Of a stretch of 38,078 nt of DNA, positions 28,303 to 36,253 are shown in pieces; position 1 is the first letter of the stretch, and the number at the start of each line of letters is the position of its first letter. The stretch is from an uncultured bacterium (GTDB taxonomy: Bacteria > Chlamydiota > Chlamydiia > Chlamydiales > VFKH01). A model generated the notes under the pieces. That model did not search any database. It was not told where the DNA came from and worked only from the letters and a program-made list of their open reading frames with translations. Where the stretch lies: contig CAIMEJ010000037.1 in assembly GCA_903839985.1 (NCBI GenBank), positions 1-38,078 on the forward strand, read 5' to 3'. A program made the position numbers and the translations under genes.

Positions 28303-30768
28303 ATGACAGATATGATTGTCCCCCGTAATATCGAAGAAGAGATGAAAGAGAGCTATTTACGCTACTCCCTCTCCGTAATTATCGCGCGCGCTCTTCCGGA
28401 TGCGCGAGATGGTCTTAAACCCTCACAGCGACGCATTCTTTTTGCCATGCGCGCTTTGAACTTATCACCGGGTGCTAAGCACAGAAAATGTGCTAAGATA
28501 TGCGGTGATACAAGTGGTGACTTCCATCCTCACGGCGAGACCGTTATCTACCCAACACTCGTGCGTATGGCTCAGCATTGGAGCATGCGGTATAGACTCG
28601 TTGATGGGCAGGGAAACTTTGGCTCCATTGATGGAGACCCACCAGCTGCAATGCGTTATACAGAAGCCCGGCTGACGAGCTCTTCCATGCAGTTGATGGA
28701 AGATTTGGACAAGGATACTGTTGATTTTGTCCCCAACTATGATGAAACTCGGGAAGAGCCCGTTGTTTTTCCAGCCAAATTCCCTAATCTTCTTTGCAAC
28801 GGTTCTTCTGGTATTGCAGTCGGTATGGCGACCAATATCCCGCCTCATAATTTGAAAGAACTCGTGGAAGCAACACTTCTTGTATTGAAAGACAAAGAGA
28901 CAACGATCGAAGAGATCATGAAAGTTATGCCAGCCCCTGACTTTCCAACGGGAGCCCTTATATGTGGACTCAAAGGGGTTAAAGAAGCCTTTCATACAGG
29001 ACGAGGCCGCGTTGTTATGCGCGCTGTGATTCACGTCGAAGATGAAGAAGAATCTAAGCCACGTATTATCGTTACCGAGCTACCCTACGGCGTTAATAAA
29101 GCGCGTCTTGTAGAAACAGTTGCGGATCTGGTGAATAACAAGCAAATTACAGGCCTCTCGGATGTGCGTGATGAATCCGATAAAGATGGTATTCGTATTG
29201 TTTTTGAGTTGAAGAAAGGCGAGATGCCGGAAGTCGTTATCAATCAGCTTTATAAGTTTACGGACTGCCAGACAGCTTTTGGTTGTAACATGCTAGCCCT
29301 CGATAAGGGTCTGCCGCGCATTATGAATGTGAAGCAGATGATTGTAGCCTGGATTAATCACCGTGTAGAGATAGTACGCAGAAGAACAAGGTTTGAGCTT
29401 GCAAAAGCAGAAGCCCGTGCACATATCCTAGAAGGGTATTTGAAAGCCGTCAATCATCTAGATGATGTTGTCCGTATTATCCGTGAGAGCAAAAGTAAAG
29501 AAGAGGCTAAAATAGCTCTGATTAGCCGTTTTGCCTTTAGTGATCGGCAGTCTACAGCGGTTCTTGATCTAAGGCTTTATCAACTTACTGGCCTTGAGCA
29601 AGATAAGATCCAAGAAGAATACAAAGAGCTTCTAGAAAGAATTGCTTATTATCAATCAGTACTCGGGAATGAAGACCTTGTTAAAGAAATCATTCGCGCT
29701 GAATTAGAAGAGATTCTTAAAAATAATAAACACCTTGAAAGACGCTCTCGCATTGTACCAGCAGAGGGTGAGCTGGATATGGAAGATCTTATTGCCGATG
29801 AGCCTGTTATTATCACCATATCTCAAGATGATTATATCAAGCGTATGTCTGTAAACGTCTTCAGAGAGCAGCATAGAGGTGGCTCTGGTGTTATTGCTTT
29901 TGATAGTAAGAGAGAAAATGATGAGCTTAAAGATCTCTATTCTGCAACGACACATAATACCTTATTGATTGTAACGAATCTAGGACGGTGTCATTGGCTT
30001 AAAGTATGGCAGCTGCCAGATACAGGACGTAGATCTAAAGGTAAACCTCTTGTAGGGCTTCTGGGAGGCTTGCAAGAAGGGGAGAAAATCGCCACTATTT
30101 TGAATGTGAAGAGCTTCGATCATGAAGGCTATATTTTTATGACAACACGCAAAGGTATTGTCAAAAAGACCGAGCTTACAGCGTATAGCAACCAACGTCG
30201 TAAAGGCGTTAATGGTATTGTTATCGATGAGGGTGATGAGGTCATTGCAGCGCGTCTTGTAACACCTGGGGAGCAGATCATGCTCTTTACGAAGCAGGGG
30301 ATGGCTGTGCGCTTTGATGAGACAGATGTGCGTTCTATGGGACGTGTTTCTAGAGGCGTTATGGGTATTAGACTCCGAGATGAACAAGATGCTGTTGTGG
30401 CAACAGAAGTGGTTAACACGGGCGATACTGTTCTTGTTGTTTGTGAAAATGGTTTTGGTAAACGTTCTCTAATTGATGATTACCGCCATACTAAACGAGG
30501 TTCCATGGGCGTTAAGTCTATTATCTTAAGTGAGCGTAATGGGCAGGTCTTAAGTGCTCTTACCGTTACGGATCAAGATAGTATTATCATGGTCTCTAAA
30601 CATGGGCAAACTGTTCGTATACCCTCCTCTGAATTGCGCGTTCTCGGACGCAGCACACAGGGTGTGCGCTTAGCACGTATAGGGGATGATGATACACTCC
30701 TAGCTGTGCAAAAAGTGCCATCTGCTACAGAAGTAGTGGTAGATGAGGAACCGGTTCATGCAGAATAA
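28303..30768 (+). CDS. gyrA: DNA gyrase subunit A
   Basis: [32 protein letters not shown] (catalytic Tyr), GyrA-box QHRGGSG, beta-pinwheel repeats. Confidence 0.98.
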   Translation: MTDMIVPRNIEEEMKESYLRYSLSVIIARALPDARDGLKPSQRRILFAMRALNLSPGAKHRKCAKICGDTSGDFHPHGETVIYPTLVRMAQHWSMRYRLVDGQGNFGSIDGDPPAAMRYTEARLTSSSMQLMEDLDKDTVDFVPNYDETREEPVVFPAKFPNLLCNGSSGIAVGMATNIPPHNLKELVEATLLVLKDKETTIEEIMKVMPAPDFPTGALICGLKGVKEAFHTGRGRVVMRAVIHVEDEEESKPRIIVTELPYGVNKARLVETVADLVNNKQITGLSDVRDESDKDGIRIVFELKKGEMPEVVINQLYKFTDCQTAFGCNMLALDKGLPRIMNVKQMIVAWINHRVEIVRRRTRFELAKAEARAHILEGYLKAVNHLDDVVRIIRESKSKEEAKIALISRFAFSDRQSTAVLDLRLYQLTGLEQDKIQEEYKELLERIAYYQSVLGNEDLVKEIIRAELEEILKNNKHLERRSRIVPAEGELDMEDLIADEPVIITISQDDYIKRMSVNVFREQHRGGSGVIAFDSKRENDELKDLYSATTHNTLLIVTNLGRCHWLKVWQLPDTGRRSKGKPLVGLLGGLQEGEKIATILNVKSFDHEGYIFMTTRKGIVKKTELTAYSNQRRKGVNGIVIDEGDEVIAARLVTPGEQIMLFTKQGMAVRFDETDVRSMGRVSRGVMGIRLRDEQDAVVATEVVNTGDTVLVVCENGFGKRSLIDDYRHTKRGSMGVKSIILSERNGQVLSALTVTDQDSIIMVSKHGQTVRIPSSELRVLGRSTQGVRLARIGDDDTLLAVQKVPSATEVVVDEEPVHAE

Positions 30769-31372
30769 AGGGTTTTTTATAACCCTCGAAGGGGGAGAGG
30801 GCGCGGGTAAAAGCACTCTTTTAGAAGGCCTTACCAGAGAGCTGCTTTCTAAAGGTTTTCCGGTTGTTAAAACACGTGAGCCGGGTGGGTCACCTATTGC
30901 AGAAAAGATTCGCCAAATTCTTTTGCATGGTGTGGGGATGGCTCCCAAAGCCGAGCTGCTTCTTTTTTTGGCAGCACGCGCTCAGCATCTTCAAGAAAAA
31001 GTGGTGCCTGCTTTAGAAGCCGGCTCTATTGTTATCTGTGACCGCTTTTCTGACTCTACGATCGCCTATCAATCTTTTGCGAGGGGACTTCCTTTGGAAG
31101 AGGTCGAAACGCTGGATGCAATAGCACGCAGTCATTTAAAACCACAGCTTACTCTACTTTTAGATATCGATCCGGAAGAGGCTTTTAAGAGAATTTCTTC
31201 TAAAGGACGGGATCGTTTAGAGAAAGAGAGTGTAGCCTTTCATAAGAAAGTGCGGGAAGGATTTCTCTTCTTAGCTAAACGTGATGAAGAACGTGTAATA
31301 CTCTTAGATGCTAGAAGACCGACCCAAGAGGTTCTCGATAAAGCACTTCAGGCTGTATTAGAGGTAATATGA
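30758..31372 (+). CDS. tmk: Thymidylate kinase
   Basis: FITLEGGEGAGKST, TREPGG, ELLLFLAARAQH, ICDRFSDSTIAYQ. ATG 30758 preferred over 30743. Confidence 0.96.
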   Translation: MQNKGFFITLEGGEGAGKSTLLEGLTRELLSKGFPVVKTREPGGSPIAEKIRQILLHGVGMAPKAELLLFLAARAQHLQEKVVPALEAGSIVICDRFSDSTIAYQSFARGLPLEEVETLDAIARSHLKPQLTLLLDIDPEEAFKRISSKGRDRLEKESVAFHKKVREGFLFLAKRDEERVILLDARRPTQEVLDKALQAVLEVI

Positions 31373-32133
31373 TTCCAGCAGCTCTTATATGCGCCTCTTC
31401 TTCTGAAGCAAGGGCTTATGCAGAGACCGTATGGGGACATACTACACAAAACCACCCTGATTTTATGGTAGTCAAGCCGGAAGGAAAGACGGCTCAGCAT
31501 AGCATGGACACCCTACGTGAAATCCGTGCTTTAAGCCAAATACCCCCCTATCAGCAAGCAAAGCGCTTTATTTTAATCGAGGATGCAGACCGCCTTGGCA
31601 TTGTTGGCAGTAATGCCCTTCTTAAAGTTCTCGAAGAGCCTTTTGATCACACAAGCTTTCTTCTTGTGACAACACATGCCCTTCTTCCAACCCTTGCTTC
31701 TCGCTGCCAAAGGATGTCTCCAAAAGTAGAGGGTCCTCATAACCCAGAACTGGAAAAATATGTAGAGCGCCTCATGAGTGTACGTGGCTCTTTTATAGAA
31801 TTAACACAAGAAATCAGCCTTGTTGAAGCCTTCTTAGATAGCCGTAAAAGCAGCGCTAAATTAAGTGCCAAAGAAAAAGAGCTCTACACTAGCGGGGTGC
31901 AAGAGAAAATACTTAAGGAATTAGAGGGCGTAGGCTCTTTAGATCAAAGAAAGCTTCGTGAAGAGCTCTCCTATTATCTTCTCAAAGCTTTTCGCTCTAC
32001 CTCTTTGCCTCTTGATTTTATCGAAGAAAGGCTCCAAGAATTTTTAGTCAGAACAGAGCGCTTCATGTCACTCTCTGGTGCCCTGGAATCCTTTTTTCTC
32101 GAAATAGGCCATCTGCCACACTATAGTTTCTGA
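31369..32133 (+). CDS. holB: DNA polymerase III delta' subunit (reduced form)
   Basis: NHPDF, ILIEDADRL, SNALLKVLEEP, LLPTLASRCQ; follows tmk. Confidence 0.85.
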   Translation: MIPAALICASSSEARAYAETVWGHTTQNHPDFMVVKPEGKTAQHSMDTLREIRALSQIPPYQQAKRFILIEDADRLGIVGSNALLKVLEEPFDHTSFLLVTTHALLPTLASRCQRMSPKVEGPHNPELEKYVERLMSVRGSFIELTQEISLVEAFLDSRKSSAKLSAKEKELYTSGVQEKILKELEGVGSLDQRKLREELSYYLLKAFRSTSLPLDFIEERLQEFLVRTERFMSLSGALESFFLEIGHLPHYSF

Positions 32134-32157
32134 AAATATTTCTAGAACAGGTGCTTT

Positions 32158-32976
32158 TTAACACCCTTCTTTATGAAGGCGGGAGGTCCCTGTCCAGCCG
32201 AGCTTGCTGCGCAAGGTGGAGAAAAAGTCGGAGTTTTCTAGGCTGACAAGGCCGAAAGTGCTAGGAGCTAGGTTGACGGTGAGGAGTTCATGAGGAGGTA
32301 GCGTTATTGTTTCAATACCATCAAAGGTCACCTCAAGAGGTTCATAATTATTGAGGTATTCAAGAGTGATTTCTTCTGCGCTCGATAAGACAATAGGGCG
32401 GTTGGAGATGGTATGGGCCGCAATTGGTGTAAGAGCAAAAGCACTCATATCAGGTGTTAAAATAGGGCCGCCGGCCGCAAGGGAGTAGGCTGTAGATCCT
32501 GTAGGTGTTGCAATAATAAGACCATCCCCAGCGAAAGTATTGATATAGCGGCCACCTACATTAACGGCAATATCAATGAGATGTCTATTAGTGCCTCTAT
32601 GTACAACCACATCATTGGCTGCATAAAATTTTTGGCCGTCAGGGCCTTTTGCTTGGAGCATGATCCGGCGATTGACAATATAAGAGCCTTGTAAAACAGC
32701 CGTGAGCGATTTTTCTAAGGTTTCTAGAGAAATTTCTGCTAAGAATCCAAGGCCACCTAAATTAATACCTAGAATAGGAGCATCTAAATATTTAGCCCTA
32801 TGGATAAGCTGTAAAATAGTACCGTCACCACCAATTGTGCAGTAAAAATCAACTTTATCTGTGTAGCTTTCAAAATCAACTGTTTGCACATTCATTTTAT
32901 GGAGAATGGCGCAGACTTGCTCGGCGATGATCGGAGCTGCTGATTTGACCCTATTTACAAAAAGGGAGACAATCAC
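32158..32976 (-). CDS. nadK: NAD kinase
   Basis: IGGDGTIL, GINLGGLGFL, AANDVVV, DGLIIATPTGSTAYSLAAGGPI, LRSKLGW. Confidence 0.96.
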   Translation of the reverse strand: MIVSLFVNRVKSAAPIIAEQVCAILHKMNVQTVDFESYTDKVDFYCTIGGDGTILQLIHRAKYLDAPILGINLGGLGFLAEISLETLEKSLTAVLQGSYIVNRRIMLQAKGPDGQKFYAANDVVVHRGTNRHLIDIAVNVGGRYINTFAGDGLIIATPTGSTAYSLAAGGPILTPDMSAFALTPIAAHTISNRPIVLSSAEEITLEYLNNYEPLEVTFDGIETITLPPHELLTVNLAPSTFGLVSLENSDFFSTLRSKLGWTGTSRLHKEGC

Positions 32977-33221
32977 ACAAAATCCTGTGTCATAGGATCA
33001 CCTTTGTCATCCAAAACAAGCTCGTTGCTGCGGTTTTTAATAAGGGTTTCAATTCTCGATTCCGCCCCTGAAAGGGCTTTGTTGCAGAAAGAGATCAGCT
33101 TGTCAGCCTCTTCATAAAGAGCTAGTGATTGCTCCAAAGAAGCTTGAGGTTTAGCCATCTCTTCTAGAATCTTTTCAAGCCGGTTAGCGGCTATTTCATA
33201 GGTCAAATCATCTTTTTTCAT
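32973..33221 (-). CDS. xseB: Exodeoxyribonuclease VII small subunit
   Basis: TYEIAANRLEKILEEM...SLEQSLALYEEADKLISFCNKALSGAESRI. ATG 33221 preferred over TTG 33239. Confidence 0.92.
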   Translation of the reverse strand: MKKDDLTYEIAANRLEKILEEMAKPQASLEQSLALYEEADKLISFCNKALSGAESRIETLIKNRSNELVLDDKGDPMTQDFV

Positions 33222-33301
33222 ATAAAGAAAATCCCTCAAAAAGCCTTATTTGTCAACCTTTCCTTAGACCTTTAAAAGACTTGAGAGCTCTTGTGACAGA
33301 T

Positions 33302-34606
33302 TTATAGGACCCTCAGATGGAGAGTGCCATCGGCAAGCTCCGCCCTCATAGCCTCACCAGATACATGCTTTTTGGAGGAGAGGACCAGTTGATTCTCTGC
33401 GAAAAGAAGGCAATAGCCCCTCTTCAAGATATTTTTAGGATTCATGGCAATAAAGGAGCTCTTATATTTTTCTAGAAGCTGGCGTCTTTGAGAGAGCTGA
33501 AGGCGCATTTTTTGATCGAGGGTGAGGCTCACCTTCAGAAGTTCTTTCTGTTTCTGTTGAAGGCGCGTTTGAGGGCGTAATTGTTCAAGGAGAGCCGTTT
33601 TTTTCGAAAGCTGGAGTTTAGATAAGTAGAGCTTTGTGGTCATATTTTTAGTGAGCTCAAAAGCTGTTTCATCGAGTCTTTGAAAGTGTCTGGCTAGAAG
33701 AGCTTCTGGGCTTTGAATAAAGGGGTGTTTTAGCGTATGGGAAAGAGATCTTTTAAGAAGGCGAAGAAGTTGAATAACATGGGAGTCTAGCTGGCTGCTG
33801 ATATTATGGAGTACTTGTAAGAGGCGAGAGCGTTCTTTAGTGATAATTTCAGCAGCAGCTGAGGGTGTCGGGGCCCGAAGGTCTGCTACAAGGTCACTGA
33901 GTGTAAAATCAGTTTCATGGCCGACTGCCGAAATAATCGGAATACGACTACGGTAAATGGCCTCAATGACAGGGGCCTCATTAAAAGCCCATAAGTCTTC
34001 GATAGAGCCTCCGCCGCGTCCTATAATCATCACATCACAAAGAGAGTAAGCATTCATCTGGTCGATCGCAGCAGCAATTTCTAAAGCCGCACCCTCTCCC
34101 TGTACTTTAACGGGATTAAGAATAAGGGAAAAACTACCGGCACGTCTTTTAAGAACTTGAATAATGTCATGAATGACAGCGCCTGTTTGACTGGTGATAA
34201 CGCCCATTCTTTTAGGAAAAGGGGGGAGAGGCTTCTTGTGGGCCTGGTCAAAATAACCTTTGGAAGCATAAAATTTTTTGAGTTCTTCGAGTTTAGCGAG
34301 GAGGGCACCAAGGCCCTGGGGCTTCATTTCAAAGACGATAATCTGGTATTGCCCCCGCTGCTCATAAACACTTACCTGACCCTTCACAATAACGGAATCG
34401 CCTTCCTTCGGCATCACTTTGAGTCCGGCGGCTTTTGAGCGAAACATAACGGCTTGGATTTGAGCTGTATTATCTTTAAGAACAAAATAGCAGTGACCAC
34501 TCGTATGGGCCTTAAAGTTACTAATTTCACCTTGAAGGGTCACATCGCTAAAAGATTCTTCAAGTAAATTTTTTAGAGAGGCCGTTAACTCACTGACAGT
34601 TTGCAT
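33302..34606 (-). CDS. xseA: Exodeoxyribonuclease VII large subunit
   Basis: TVSEL, GEISNF..HTSGHCYFVLKD, GVITSQTGAVIHD, GRGGGSIEDLWAFN, SAVGHETDFTLSDLVADLRAPTPSAAAE. Confidence 0.97.
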   Translation of the reverse strand: MQTVSELTASLKNLLEESFSDVTLQGEISNFKAHTSGHCYFVLKDNTAQIQAVMFRSKAAGLKVMPKEGDSVIVKGQVSVYEQRGQYQIIVFEMKPQGLGALLAKLEELKKFYASKGYFDQAHKKPLPPFPKRMGVITSQTGAVIHDIIQVLKRRAGSFSLILNPVKVQGEGAALEIAAAIDQMNAYSLCDVMIIGRGGGSIEDLWAFNEAPVIEAIYRSRIPIISAVGHETDFTLSDLVADLRAPTPSAAAEIITKERSRLLQVLHNISSQLDSHVIQLLRLLKRSLSHTLKHPFIQSPEALLARHFQRLDETAFELTKNMTTKLYLSKLQLSKKTALLEQLRPQTRLQQKQKELLKVSLTLDQKMRLQLSQRRQLLEKYKSSFIAMNPKNILKRGYCLLFAENQLVLSSKKHVSGEAMRAELADGTLHLRVL

Positions 34607-34636
34607 GAAATAAGATTTCCTCTATAGTATAGGGTT

Positions 34637-35362
34637 ATGAAGCGTATCATCGGCAATTGGAAAATGCATAAAACCGTACAAGAGACGGTTCATTTCTTGG
34701 AACATGTTCTTCAACGGCTCTCTCCTGAGGAAGTCTACTTGGCAGTGCCTTTTACGGCAATTAAAGAGGCGGCAGCTTTCGGCATTCATGTGGGTGCACA
34801 AAACGTAAGCCACGAGCCAGAAGGTCCCTTTACAGGGGAGATCTCAGGGCGTATGCTTAAAGATGTAGGTGCTGATTTTGTCCTCATCGGCCATTCAGAA
34901 AGGCGCCATATTTTCCAGGAAACAGACGACATGGTGCACTCCAAGCTGCTTAGAGCCCATCAAGTTGGCTTAAAACCTATTTTATGTGTAGGAGAAAGAG
35001 AGGGCGAAGATCGGGAAGCTGTTCTAAAAAGACAGCTAGAACACGCTTTAAAAAATTGCGATGAAGAGCTTGCCCTAAGGCTAACTATTGCCTACGAACC
35101 CGTCTGGGCTATTGGAACAGGTAAAACAGCTACTCCCGAAGAGGCCGCGAGGGCCCATGCTTTTTGTAGAAATATGATTGGATCTCTTTTTAATAAAGAG
35201 ATAGCCGCCCAAATACCTCTTCTTTATGGGGGTTCTGTGAAAAGTGATAATATCGTAGCCCTTTTGCATCAGACTGAAATTCAAGGAGCTCTAGTGGGAG
35301 GAGCCTCTTTAGATCCTAAAGAATTTGTGAAGCTTGTCGAATTATCTAAGAGCGTGGTATAG
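34637..35362 (+). CDS. tpiA: Triosephosphate isomerase
   Basis: IGNWKM, GAQN, GPFTGEIS, IGHSERR, AYEPVWAIGTG, YGGSV, LVGGASL. Confidence 0.98.
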   Translation: MKRIIGNWKMHKTVQETVHFLEHVLQRLSPEEVYLAVPFTAIKEAAAFGIHVGAQNVSHEPEGPFTGEISGRMLKDVGADFVLIGHSERRHIFQETDDMVHSKLLRAHQVGLKPILCVGEREGEDREAVLKRQLEHALKNCDEELALRLTIAYEPVWAIGTGKTATPEEAARAHAFCRNMIGSLFNKEIAAQIPLLYGGSVKSDNIVALLHQTEIQGALVGGASLDPKEFVKLVELSKSVV

Positions 35363-35363
35363 T
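35334..35363 (+). promoter_or_regulatory. Putative internal promoter (extended -10) for secG-def
   Basis: TTGTCG (35334-35339), 18 nt ending in TGn, TATAGT (35358-35363), 7 nt, then ATG of secG; no SD. Confidence 0.5.
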
Positions 35364-35370
35364 ATCTGAC

Positions 35371-35658
35371 ATGGGTTTTTTCTTTTATTTTCTTCTTACT
35401 CTTTTTTTGATTGGATGTGCTCTTCTTTGCACATTTATTCTGATTCAAGAGAGCAAAACAATGGGTCTAGGCGCCTCTTTTGGTGGAGATGCTGGAAGTT
35501 CGCTTTTTGGAACATCGACTGCTGATATTGTTAAAAAAATCACCGCTTGGTTATCGGCCTTCTTCCTCATAGGAGCTGTTATACTTTCTCTCTGGACGGC
35601 ACACTCTTTCCGCATAGAGATGGGCACTTCTTCGCAAGACGAAGCTATTACTGAGTAG
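35371..35658 (+). CDS. secG: Preprotein translocase subunit SecG
   Basis: Two TM helices flanking ILIQESKTMGLGASFGG...LFG, then KKITAWL; follows tpiA. Confidence 0.92.
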   Translation: MGFFFYFLLTLFLIGCALLCTFILIQESKTMGLGASFGGDAGSSLFGTSTADIVKKITAWLSAFFLIGAVILSLWTAHSFRIEMGTSSQDEAITE

Positions 35659-35661
35659 TTC

Positions 35662-36183
35662 ATGCTATCACTGCGTTATTTCGGCGATCCTATTCTACGT
35701 AAACGTGCTAAAGCTATAGAAAAGGTGGATGAAGAGACGCGCCAGATTGTCGCAGAGATGGCTAAGGTCATGAAACAACAGCGTGGCATTGGTCTGGCAG
35801 CACCTCAAGTAGGTCTTTCCATCCGCCTCTTTATTTCACGTATTGATAAAGAGACAAATGAGGGTGAAATTATTCCAGGTGAGCTCCTTGTTTTCATTAA
35901 TCCACGACTATCTGAGCCAAGTATTCAAGAAGATGTGATGAAAGAGGGATGCCTCTCTATTCCGGGTATTCGTGAAGAAGTATGGCGTCCCGAAGAAATC
36001 ACCGTAGAAGCCCTCGATATTAATGGAGAGCCTTTCAAAAAGCGCTTTTCGGGCCTGCAAGCACGCTGTATTATGCATGAAAACGACCATCTTAATGGTG
36101 CTCTTTTTATCGATCGCATCACCATTCGGGCTCGTACGCGCATTGAGCAGCCGCTCAGAGCTATCAAAAAGAAATACAAATAA
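35662..36183 (+). CDS. def: Peptide deformylase
   Basis: GDPILR, GIGLAAPQVG, EGCLSIPG, ARCIMHENDHLNG. Confidence 0.97.
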   Translation: MLSLRYFGDPILRKRAKAIEKVDEETRQIVAEMAKVMKQQRGIGLAAPQVGLSIRLFISRIDKETNEGEIIPGELLVFINPRLSEPSIQEDVMKEGCLSIPGIREEVWRPEEITVEALDINGEPFKKRFSGLQARCIMHENDHLNGALFIDRITIRARTRIEQPLRAIKKKYK

Positions 36184-36253
36184 GACTCTAAAAGAGCGCA
36201 CAAGCTTCTCGTATTAAACGCTCTTAGCAAGCAGCTCTTAAAAAAGCGCTTTT

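Noticed and set aside
28525-28555. GyrA QRDR reads HGETVIYP (Thr at the E. coli Ser83-equivalent site) as a quinolone-resistance marker
   Set aside because: Thr at this position occurs in wild-type susceptible species, so resistance cannot be inferred from this alone.
28465-29034. 189-aa antisense ORF in gyrA, and other antisense or nested ORFs (in clpB, gyrB, dapL, def, cdsV)
   Set aside because: Fully nested opposite well-conserved genes with no recognisable motifs; expected from codon bias.
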